From positions 2,056 to 66,055 of the forward strand of contig JBDRBM010000024.1 of assembly GCA_043822665.1 (NCBI GenBank): 64,000 nucleotides of DNA, read 5' to 3'. Position 1 is the first letter of the stretch; each line of letters starts with the position of its first letter. This DNA is from Candidatus Omnitrophota bacterium (GTDB lineage Bacteria > Omnitrophota > Gorgyraeia > Gorgyraeales > Gorgyraeaceae). The notes under the pieces are model-generated. The model did no database searches, was not told the DNA's origin, and saw only the letters and a program-made list of their open reading frames with translations. Positions 1-7,777 of the stretch are shown here, one piece after another. A program made the position numbers and the translations under genes.

Positions 1-1496
1 CAGGCTGTTTTGCTGCGTTTGATTCATATATGTACATCCTGTCCTTTGGGTTAGCAAGGAATGCGACGAATTGCCACATATCCTCTTTTTCCGGCTTAAC
101 GATATCGAATTTTGTGAATTTTGTATTCATATTCTTGGTAGGGGCCCAATCTACAGCCTCTGAGACAAAGGGTTTTATGTAAGGCATGGATACCTTGAGT
201 ATTTCTTCATGTTCGACATCATCCGGCATAAGGAATCCTTTTCTAGGGTTTTTGATCATCCATATCGCTGCCGAGACTACCGAGATAGCCACCTGCATGG
301 TTGTCGCATTCTGATGAGGAACCAATTTGCGCGCTTCATGTATGTCAAGTATACTGCCGCACCACCATGAGCTGAAATCATGACCCATGAGAAGCACTCC
401 GAGCTCATCTCTGCCGTCGATTATCTCATCACTCATTATCCTCTGTTTTTCCTGGAGCCTGAACTGCCTCATCTCTAATTCGTGCAGTGAGTTTATCGCA
501 GAGTCGCACGGGCAGTACGCGTAGTGGACAGTCGGCCTGTATACAGCCTTGCCGTTTTCCCATACCGTAAGCCTGTCAGAGATGCTGAATGCCTCTCCAT
601 GGCGGATCACCATTCCTGTAATCTCGCCGCACGGGACCCATGAACGCACCCATGTCTTCATTCCTATGGTGCTAAGGCAGATTTGGTTGCCCGGGCCAAT
701 CTTGTGGAAATAGGCATTCTTAGGGGTATAACGTTCGTGTGTGCCCCAACCGAGTTCGGCAGGCGCGACGCCTTCTTCAAAAAAACCTTCAATACTCCAT
801 GTATTTACAAATTCATTTACCTCTTTAGGTTTGTTCGTGATCTGCGTATCGCGTTCGCTTATGTGTATCACCTTAACCCCTTCAAGCTGGGCGAGTTTTG
901 GGAAGCTTGTATCCCTGAGGGCTTCTTCAAGCTGTTTTTTTCTCGGGTCCTTTGGTTTTTCTTTCAGGATTTTTTGCGCAATCCCGATAAGGGCGTGTTT
1001 TGTGAAGTGTGACACAAGGCCTGGATTTGCGCCATGATCCACGATAGCCGTAGAGGCCTTGTCATTATCGCCCCACTCGGCAAGTTTCCTGCGTATTTCC
1101 ATATGTCTCGCGTAAAGCGTATATCTTGTTGGGTCATTACGCTCAGCATCCTTGTAAGGATTCCACTCTTCAACAGAGGTATTGCAATATAAAACATTAT
1201 TATCTCTGCACCACTTGACAATAGCAATGCACTCTATGTTCCATGCAAGGTCAATGATCATATCGCCTGGGCCTGCATATTTAGCAAGGAGTTCTTTGTA
1301 ATTGTCAGGGGTCACTCTTTCCATGGTATAATTTACGCCTTTAGCAAGGGAATCCTTGATCTTATGGCGGTTATCTACAAAGTCCATTATGGTAATTTTT
1401 TTAGCCGGCATATCAATTAGCTTTAGGGCAAGCGGTATGGCGCACTGTGAGACAGATCCACACCCTATGATTAAAAGTTTCCCGTCAAATTTCATT
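1..1496 (-). CDS. hss: Homospermidine synthase (3' end runs off the window)
   Basis: Absent from the ORF track because it crosses the window edge. Manual minus-strand translation from ATG at 1496 (SD GGAGG, complement of 1503-1507) stays open to position 1: MKFDGKLLIIGCGSVSQCAIPL...NTWSIEGF...PAELGWGTHE...HYAYCPC...DELGVLLMGH...HQNATTMQV. These blocks match my memory of bacterial homospermidine synthase (Blastochloris/Legionella type). Confidence 0.85.
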
Positions 1497-1677
1497 ATAA
1501 GGCCTCCTTATGGATGTTATTGCAATGCGCGGAATCAATCTGATGAGATCCCTCGCTTCGTTCGGGATAAATTATTTTTCATTTAAATTAAGTATAACAT
1601 ATTTATTTATTTTTGGAAAGAAAAAGTGATAAAAAATAAAAAAATGATATAAATAAACACAATCTCTCGTAGACCTG

Positions 1678-1720
1678 CTTAACTTGACGAAACTTACAAT
1701 GCAAGCTTCGTCAAGTTAAG
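1678..1720. repeat. Family-A 43-nt TTAA-ended palindromic repeat, copy 1
   Basis: CTTAACTTGACGAAACTTACAATGCAAGCTTCGTCAAGTTAAG. Near-identical 43-nt copies lie at 4684, 34157 and 62370. Confidence 0.9.
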
Positions 1721-1732
1721 GTTCTGCAAGGA

Positions 1733-1770
1733 CACACTGTAGGTGACCCTTAAGGGTCACCTACAGTGTG
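1733..1770. repeat. Family-B GTAGG-headed perfect palindrome centred on CTTAAG, copy 1
   Basis: CACACTGTAGGTGACCCTTAAGGGTCACCTACAGTGTG, followed by GATAAGTTTTCATTTTTTT. Related copies lie at 20964, 55193 and 61496. Confidence 0.9.
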
Positions 1771-1801
1771 GATAAGTTTTCATTTTTTTAGTCACTATCT
1801 A

Positions 1802-1862
1802 TGTGGAAAGATTTTCCTGTGGAAAGATTTTCCTTGACAAAAACATATAAATGGGGTATATT
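1802..1862 (+). promoter_or_regulatory. Sigma70-type promoter of csp, preceded by a 16-nt tandem direct repeat
   Basis: TGTGGAAAGATTTTCC occurs twice (1802-1817, 1818-1833). It abuts TTGACA (1834-1839), a 17-nt spacer and TATATT (1857-1862). This leaves a leader of about 140 nt before the csp ATG. Confidence 0.6.
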
Positions 1863-2006
1863 TATTTAAGAATGTAGTAGAAAAAGTAAGTAGTAAATAA
1901 GGGAGTAGAAAGCTTGGACCGTAAGGTAGAAGAAGTACTCGCCTTGCGGTTTTTTTGTTTCTGTCATTATTTACTATGATATCTAGGGAAAGGAGGGTAG
2001 TGAGTA

Positions 2007-2207
2007 ATGGCAAAAGGCAAAGTAAAATGGTTCAGCAATCAAAAAGGTTATGGATTTATTGCTACTGAGTCAGGTGCTGATGTATTTGTGCATCACACAG
2101 CTATTCAGGGCGATGGCTATAAGACGCTTGAAGAAGGCCAAGAAGTAGAGTTTGAAGTAGAAAAAGGCCCAAAAGGCGATCAAGCCGTAAATGTAGTAAA
2201 GTTATAA
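2007..2207 (+). CDS. cspA: Cold-shock protein (CspA family)
   Basis: 66 aa. [16 protein letters not shown] (RNP1) and DVFVHHTAI (RNP2) motifs. SD GGAGGG lies upstream. Confidence 0.95.
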   Translation: MAKGKVKWFSNQKGYGFIATESGADVFVHHTAIQGDGYKTLEEGQEVEFEVEKGPKGDQAVNVVKL

Positions 2208-2220
2208 CCGCAGGAACAAT

Positions 2221-2254
2221 ATATAGGCCCGGGTTTACCCGGGCCTATATTTTT
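2221..2254 (+). terminator. Rho-independent terminator after csp
   Basis: ATATAGGCCCGGG-TTTA-CCCGGGCCTATAT followed by TTTT. Confidence 0.8.
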
Positions 2255-2319
2255 ATGTGCGCCCCAAATAAAATTTTACTTGGGGATTTTTATTTTAAAG
2301 GGTATAATTAGCAGTTAAT

Positions 2320-3414
2320 ATGAAACCCAAGGTCAAAACTTTTATAACAATGGGCATGGAGCTGGAGTCTTATTCTATCTTTGTCCCTGAAAATAGGATA
2401 TGCAGGGAACTGCATTTTCCGCGACGTTCCATAGTAGAAAAAGGCGAACGTTTTACAAGGGATTGGAGCATAGGCACAGAATACAATAGCAAGGTCTTTA
2501 CTTCTATACGGGAGGCATCTTTTCTTCTAAAAACAGGCCTGCGTAAATATGCGAAATTCAGGAAAAACGGTAACTCTTCTCATGAGTATGTCATTTTTCC
2601 TGTTGGCGGATGGATAGACAGGTTTGCGGGTAGTCATATACACCTTTCTCTCGCGAAAAAGGGTATTGATTATAATGAAGCAAAGCAAATATCAAATTAC
2701 CTGTATGACCATATACCTTTTCTTATTGCCCTGTCAGCCAATTCCCCTGTATGGCGCGCAAAGATTACGAAATATGCGTCTAACAGGTTATTGCATGGTT
2801 CCAATAAATACTGTAAAGTCGCGCGCCGGGGCATGCTTTATAAAAACCATTACCGCGAACTAACGTTCAACCCTAAAAGCAAGAAGAAATTAGCGACCCT
2901 GGAGCTACGGGTCTGCGACAGTTCCCTGCCTGAATACATGGTGGCGGTCTTGTGTGTGTGTCTGGCAGTAACCTTCAGGTGGATGAAAAAGAAAAAACCT
3001 TTTAACCAGTCTACTCACCAAAACTACCTGAAGGCCAGGGACCAGGCTGTCAGGTTTGGGACAAAGGCGCGTCTTGTATGGTCAAACCACTGGATAAGCG
3101 TTCCGCAGTACGTGGATCTATTTTTCAGAAAATACAAAGAAGAGCTGAGCCAGATGGATATCCCCGAAGATGTAATAAATATATTCAAATACCTGAAAAA
3201 AGGGTACAACCAGGCGGATATACTGAGAGAGGCATCCAGCAAATACCAGCGTAAGCATGCCCCTACGTGGCAGAGACGGTTTGCCAAACGCTACGCTGTT
3301 GCGATAGAAGAACTTCTGGACGGGAATTCATATAAACAGTTTGCGCTCCGCCTTGGTGTTAAACTGCCAACTATAGAACGTACATGGCTTGGCCGTAAAG
3401 AAGCTAACTGGTGA
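2320..3414 (+). CDS. GCS2 / glutamine-synthetase-like carboxylate-amine ligase (amidoligase) family protein
   Basis: 364 aa. GMELE near the N-terminus, GSHIHLSL, IALSANSPVW and LELRVCDS resemble YbdK/GCS2-type ligase motifs. Family-level call only. Confidence 0.5.
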   Translation: MKPKVKTFITMGMELESYSIFVPENRICRELHFPRRSIVEKGERFTRDWSIGTEYNSKVFTSIREASFLLKTGLRKYAKFRKNGNSSHEYVIFPVGGWIDRFAGSHIHLSLAKKGIDYNEAKQISNYLYDHIPFLIALSANSPVWRAKITKYASNRLLHGSNKYCKVARRGMLYKNHYRELTFNPKSKKKLATLELRVCDSSLPEYMVAVLCVCLAVTFRWMKKKKPFNQSTHQNYLKARDQAVRFGTKARLVWSNHWISVPQYVDLFFRKYKEELSQMDIPEDVINIFKYLKKGYNQADILREASSKYQRKHAPTWQRRFAKRYAVAIEELLDGNSYKQFALRLGVKLPTIERTWLGRKEANW

Positions 3415-3421
3415 AACAAAT

Positions 3422-4153
3422 ATGCGTAAAAAAATATTGCGTAACAAGCCTATAATAGGTATTACTTGCGAGGTGAACAAACTTAAACCGTATTTTTCAC
3501 AGTTTGAGCTTTCATGTGACTATCGTTATGTACGCGCTATTCTAAGGGCAGGCGGTATACCTGTACTCATACCAATAAATCCTTACCGTAAGGAAGTTAC
3601 GAAATTATTACAGCATTTGGATGGTCTTGTTATAATCGGAGGCGCTGATGTACACCCGAATTTCTACGGCGAAAAATCAACGGAAAAGGTCAGGTCTGTT
3701 TATAGAGGGCGTATCTATTTTGAGACATGGTTATACAAAATGGCACAGAAGAAGAAAATTCCTGTTCTTGCGATATGCTACGGCATGCAGCTTTTAAATG
3801 TTATTTATGGAGGCACGCTGTATCAGGATATACGTTCAAATATAAAAGATTCAGGAAATCACTGCTCCAAAAAGTACCCTCAGCATGTTGTTAGAATACA
3901 GCCGGGTTCGCTTTGTCATAAAATCTTTAAAAGAAGTTCGTTTTTTGTCCATAGCGACCACCATCAGGCTGTTAAAACCTTGGGTCGCTCCCTGAAGATA
4001 AGCGCATTTTCAGATGACGGTATAATAGAGGCTATTGAGGGCCCATCGCATACCATAGCTGTACAGTGGCACCCTGAAAGACAGGCCAAAGACCCTGTCC
4101 AGAAACAGCTCTTCCGCTATTTTATCCGTTTGGCTAGGGGACTAAAGCCCTAA
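3422..4153 (+). CDS. Class-I glutamine amidotransferase-like gamma-glutamyl hydrolase (peptidase C26, PuuD-like)
   Basis: IGGADVHPNFYGE, AICYGMQLLNVIYGGTLYQDI (nucleophile Cys), HHQAV, IEA...QWHPE. I prefer ATG 3422 (MRKKIL) to the track start at 3389, which overlaps the upstream gene. Confidence 0.75.
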   Translation: MRKKILRNKPIIGITCEVNKLKPYFSQFELSCDYRYVRAILRAGGIPVLIPINPYRKEVTKLLQHLDGLVIIGGADVHPNFYGEKSTEKVRSVYRGRIYFETWLYKMAQKKKIPVLAICYGMQLLNVIYGGTLYQDIRSNIKDSGNHCSKKYPQHVVRIQPGSLCHKIFKRSSFFVHSDHHQAVKTLGRSLKISAFSDDGIIEAIEGPSHTIAVQWHPERQAKDPVQKQLFRYFIRLARGLKP

Positions 4154-4303
4154 CATTGTAGTTTGTTATAAGGCGCAGCGAATAACAAGATTATAATAGC
4201 CTTATTCAGGGCATGGGTTAAATAATTTTATTGATTTGGCAATAAACCGGATATGTAGTATTATATTAAGTAGACAGAGCTTGATTGAGATATGGAGGGT
4301 GTT

Positions 4304-4669
4304 ATGTCAAAGAGAATACTTGTAGTTGATGATGAGCCTGAGTTGACCAAGATTGTTCAGGTAAGATTAGCGGCCAATGGTTATGAAGTCGTTTCCGCTA
4401 AAAATGGCATAGAAGCCCTGGAAAAGGCAAAAACAGAAAGACCAAATTTAATATTGCTGGACATGATGATGCCGCGTATGCACGGATTAGATACGCTTCG
4501 CAGATTAAAGGAGAAACCCGAGACAGAGCCTATCCCTGTAATCATGCTTACAGCAAAAGACGATAAAGAGTCTATTTTAGAAGCGAAATCTTTAGGCGCA
4601 AAAGATTATGTCACAAAACCGTTTAATTTAGAGGCGCTTTTAGACGCGGTCAGAAAACACCTGCCCTGA
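4304..4669 (+). CDS. Stand-alone response-regulator receiver protein (CheY-like)
   Basis: ILVVDDE, LILLDMMMPRMHG, MLTAKD, DYVTKPF. No output domain. The start at ATG 4304 follows GGAGGG. Confidence 0.9.
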   Translation: MSKRILVVDDEPELTKIVQVRLAANGYEVVSAKNGIEALEKAKTERPNLILLDMMMPRMHGLDTLRRLKEKPETEPIPVIMLTAKDDKESILEAKSLGAKDYVTKPFNLEALLDAVRKHLP

Positions 4670-4683
4670 CATAACTTTATCTC

Positions 4684-4726
4684 CTTAACTTGACGATTCT
4701 TACAATGTAAGTTTCGTCAAGTTAAG
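4684..4726. repeat. Family-A 43-nt palindromic repeat, copy 2
   Basis: CTTAACTTGACGATTCTTACAATGTAAGTTTCGTCAAGTTAAG, 15 nt after the receiver gene stop. Confidence 0.9.
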
Positions 4727-4814
4727 CAAGAAAATATAATTGCGTAACTGTTTATTTAGCAGTACAATATAAATCCAATACTTAATCGCGATAATCACAA
4801 AAGGGGAGGGCAAT

Positions 4815-5066
4815 ATGCCATATGACAGCAGTTTAGACGCAAACTTGTTTTCTAAGGCACATGAAACAGATTCAGGCCGCCTGACAGTGAGTGTATATTC
4901 GTACAATAACGGCCCGAAGAAATTACAGATTACAAGAGAAAACAGGAACATGGAAGGCGAGTTGAGGTTTACCAAGCTTGGAAGGCTGAACAAAGAAGAG
5001 GTCGAGGTTATTCTGCCTTTTATCCAGGAAGCTATAGGCAAGATGTCAAATGAGGACAAAAGTTAG
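4815..5066 (+). CDS. Small conserved hypothetical protein (possibly PC4/YdbC-like ssDNA-binding fold)
   Basis: 83 aa with a strong SD (GGGGAGGG) 5 nt upstream. The pattern LTVSVYSYNNGPKKLQITRE...RFTKLGRL recalls YdbC-like proteins. The functional call is weak. Confidence 0.35.
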   Translation: MPYDSSLDANLFSKAHETDSGRLTVSVYSYNNGPKKLQITRENRNMEGELRFTKLGRLNKEEVEVILPFIQEAIGKMSNEDKS

Positions 5067-5173
5067 AAAAATTCTAAAAAATTTACCTAACTTTTATGTT
5101 CACTCGCGGAGTTTACACTGAGCGAAGCGAATGCGCTTGTTCCATAAGTCACGCGCTTATTAAAGGGGGATAG

Positions 5174-6124
5174 ATGTATAGAGAAAAGATAAAGGTGTTG
5201 GACTGCACCATTCGTGACGGCGGCCTTATCAATAACCATGATTTTGATTTTCGCTTTGTACGAGAGGTGTATAAGGCTATATCAGAGTCCGGCGTGGATT
5301 ACATGGAAATTGGCTATAAGAATTCCAAAGAACTTTTTTCTCCGAAAGAATACGGGCAGTGGAAATTCTGTGACGATGATGAGATAAAAAAGATAATAGA
5401 GGGCATAGAATCCAGGACCAAGATTTCAGTCATGGTGGACGTGGGCCGTGTTAATATAGACGATGTTAAACCAAAGACGGAAAGCCCTGTGGACATGATA
5501 AGGACCGCTAGTTATGTCAAGGATATAGATAAAGCGATATTCATGGCAAACAATTTTGCAGACAAAGGCTACGAGACTACCATCAACATCATGGCGATTT
5601 CCAAAGACATGGGGCATGAACTGGATGAGGCCCTTCAGCAGATAGAAGAGGAAAGCAAAGTCAATGTTGTTTATATAGTGGATAGTTTTGGGGCATTGTA
5701 TCAGGAGCCTGTGGAATATCTTATAAAGCTCTGCAAAAGAATACTAAAGACAAAAGAAGTGGGTTTTCACGGACACAATAATCAACAGCTTGCTTTTAGC
5801 AACACAATCGAGGCTATTATACACGACGCCAATTATTTGGACGGGACCGTATATGGCATAGGCCGGGCAGCTGGAAATTGTCCGCTGGAATTATTGATAG
5901 GCTTCCTCAAAAATCCGAAATTTGATATCAGGCCCGTTCTAGACCTGATCTCAAAAGAATTTATTCCGCTTAGAGATAAGATAGAATGGGGTTATATAAT
6001 CCCTTACGCCATAGCAGGCATGATGAATGAACATCCTCGGGCAGCCATGGCCCTTCGCAAAGGCCATAAAAAAGAAGACTATAGAGATTTTTACGAGAGC
6101 ATCACAAACACAGGTTTGGATTAA
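5174..6124 (+). CDS. HMGL-like / DRE-TIM aldolase family protein
   Basis: N-terminal VLDCTIRDGG motif, then VDSFG and GFHGHNN, typical of the pyruvate-carboxyltransferase/HMGL-like TIM barrel. Confidence 0.65.
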   Translation: MYREKIKVLDCTIRDGGLINNHDFDFRFVREVYKAISESGVDYMEIGYKNSKELFSPKEYGQWKFCDDDEIKKIIEGIESRTKISVMVDVGRVNIDDVKPKTESPVDMIRTASYVKDIDKAIFMANNFADKGYETTINIMAISKDMGHELDEALQQIEEESKVNVVYIVDSFGALYQEPVEYLIKLCKRILKTKEVGFHGHNNQQLAFSNTIEAIIHDANYLDGTVYGIGRAAGNCPLELLIGFLKNPKFDIRPVLDLISKEFIPLRDKIEWGYIIPYAIAGMMNEHPRAAMALRKGHKKEDYRDFYESITNTGLD

Positions 6125-6132
6125 GCATCTAT

Positions 6133-6768
6133 ATGGATTTGCCCAGTTTTAATAAACTTCCCATAATGGGAATACTGAGGGGCGTAAATCCTAAAATAGT
6201 AGACCCCCTTATCGAGACGATCGTTTCGTCCGGACTCAAGACAATAGAATTCGCGTTAAATACGCCTGATGCAGTCCTGACTTTATCCCGCGCAGTAAAA
6301 ATATCTAAAAAACACCTTACAGTCGGAGCAGGTACTGTCCTTACAATGGATTCGCTTAAACTTGCGCTCGATAACGGGGCGAGGTTCATAGTTATGCCCA
6401 CTTTGGTCAAGGGCATTGTGGAACACTGTGTTAAAAAATCTATTCCTGTCTTTCCCGGGGCCTTGACACCGCAGGAGATACATAATGCATGGACCGCCGG
6501 GGCCGCAATGGTCAAGGTATTTCCTGCGAAATTTTTCGGGCCGGATTATTTTAAAGAGATAAAAGGCCCGTTCAGGGATATTAAACTCCTTGCCTGCGGA
6601 GGGGTTACTTCAGAAAATATTAAGTTATTTTTCAAATCAGGAGCGTCTGCAGTGGCATTTGGAGGGAGTATATTTAAAAAGGAATGGCTCGAGCGAAGAG
6701 AGTTTTCTCGCATAGAAGAGGCGATAAAAGAACTAATATCTAAAACCGGAGAGAAGAAAAATGGATAA
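6133..6768 (+). CDS. eda: KDPG / 4-hydroxy-2-oxoglutarate aldolase
   Basis: PIMGILRGV, VGAGTVL, PGALTPQEI, MVKVFPA (Schiff-base Lys region), LACGGV. Confidence 0.85.
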   Translation: MDLPSFNKLPIMGILRGVNPKIVDPLIETIVSSGLKTIEFALNTPDAVLTLSRAVKISKKHLTVGAGTVLTMDSLKLALDNGARFIVMPTLVKGIVEHCVKKSIPVFPGALTPQEIHNAWTAGAAMVKVFPAKFFGPDYFKEIKGPFRDIKLLACGGVTSENIKLFFKSGASAVAFGGSIFKKEWLERREFSRIEEAIKELISKTGEKKNG

Positions 6769-7571
6769 TCTTTTCCTTACCCCTTTTGAGATATCGAAAG
6801 ATATAAGCAGTATAGGCGAGAAAAAAGCCAATGAGACCATCTTTGAGTTATTCATCTTAAGGGGTCTTGGCCGGAATTTATATTGCCTTTGGAGCCAGTG
6901 TGGCCACTGCTGTTTTGAGCGGCGGCACGCTTGATGCTGGTTTTGCCAGATTTCTGGCAGGCAGTGTTTTTAGCGTAGGGCTGATGTTGGTCCTTATCCT
7001 GGGGTCGGAACTTTTTACCGGCAATATCCTTATGACCATAGGCCTTATTTACAAGAAATATTCTTTTACCAAGGTCCTGCGCAGCTGGCTGGTTGTATAT
7101 CTTGGAAATTTGTTGGGCGCCATTATTATAGCATGGCTTGTTTTTAAGTCAGGGTTGATGGGTAGCGCCAATAACCTTAGTCCAACAGGCGTTATAGCTG
7201 TAAATATCGCTGAATCAAAGATGCAGTTGACTTTTATAGAGGCTTTATGCCGTGGCATTCTCTGTAACATGCTGGTATGCCTGGCTGTTATCATGTCTAT
7301 CGCGGCAAGGACCGTAGAAGGCAAGATACTGGGGATATATTTTCCCATCATGGCCTTTGTGGCATCCGGCTATGAACATTCCGTAGCCAATATGTATTTT
7401 CTGCCAGCGGCCCTGATGGCTAAAGGCGGACTCACTACTGATTTTTTTAGTATTTTCAATAACCTGATACCCGTGACTATTGGCAATATAATAGGCGGGT
7501 TATTAATAGTCCTCCTTCATCCTAAAGTCGAAGAAAAGATCGCTCGCATCATTTTAAGGAAGAAAAAGTAG
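6761..7571 (+). pseudogene. Formate/nitrite transporter (FNT) family gene interrupted by a frameshift at a G4 run
   Basis: The body (TTG 6867..7571) has FNT motifs (LFTGN, GYEHSVANM). About 35 N-terminal codons (ATG 6761: MDNLFLTPFEISKDISSIGEKKANETIFELFILRG) sit in another frame. One extra G in GGGG 6861-6864 would join them as ...ILRGVLAGIYIAFG. Confidence 0.7.
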
Positions 7572-7611
7572 TGTTTTTGCAAATGTAATATTTTTAACAT
7601 TAGCTTATCTT

Positions 7612-7767
7612 TTTAACTTGATATAGTAGGAAATTCCTTTTTAACTCGTTGTAGGGGCGTCAGTTATGGCGCCCGTTGATGTGGGTCGGATGAATCCGAC
7701 CCCTACAAAGTTCGCCCGAAGGGCGTTAAATTTACGAAACTTACATTGTAATAATCGTCAAGTTAAG
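7612..7767. repeat. Composite family-A/C element (156 nt) with family-A-like termini and hairpin cargo
   Basis: Left end TTTAACTTGATATAGTAGGAAATTCCTTTTT. Internal GTAGGGG...CCCCTAC stem (7651-7706) encloses GGGTCGGAT-GAA-TCCGACCC. A CGCCC-GAA-GGGCG hairpin lies at 7713-7725. Right end ACGAAACTTACATTGTAATAATCGTCAAGTTAAG. Confidence 0.85.
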
Positions 7768-7777
7768 GTGTTTACTT

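Noticed and set aside
683-1227. Track ORFs 683..1012 (+), 741..1037 (+), 964..1227 (-) and 1356..1586 (+)
   Set aside because: All fall inside, or in wrong frames of, the continuous minus-strand homospermidine synthase reading frame (1..1496), which explains the whole region.
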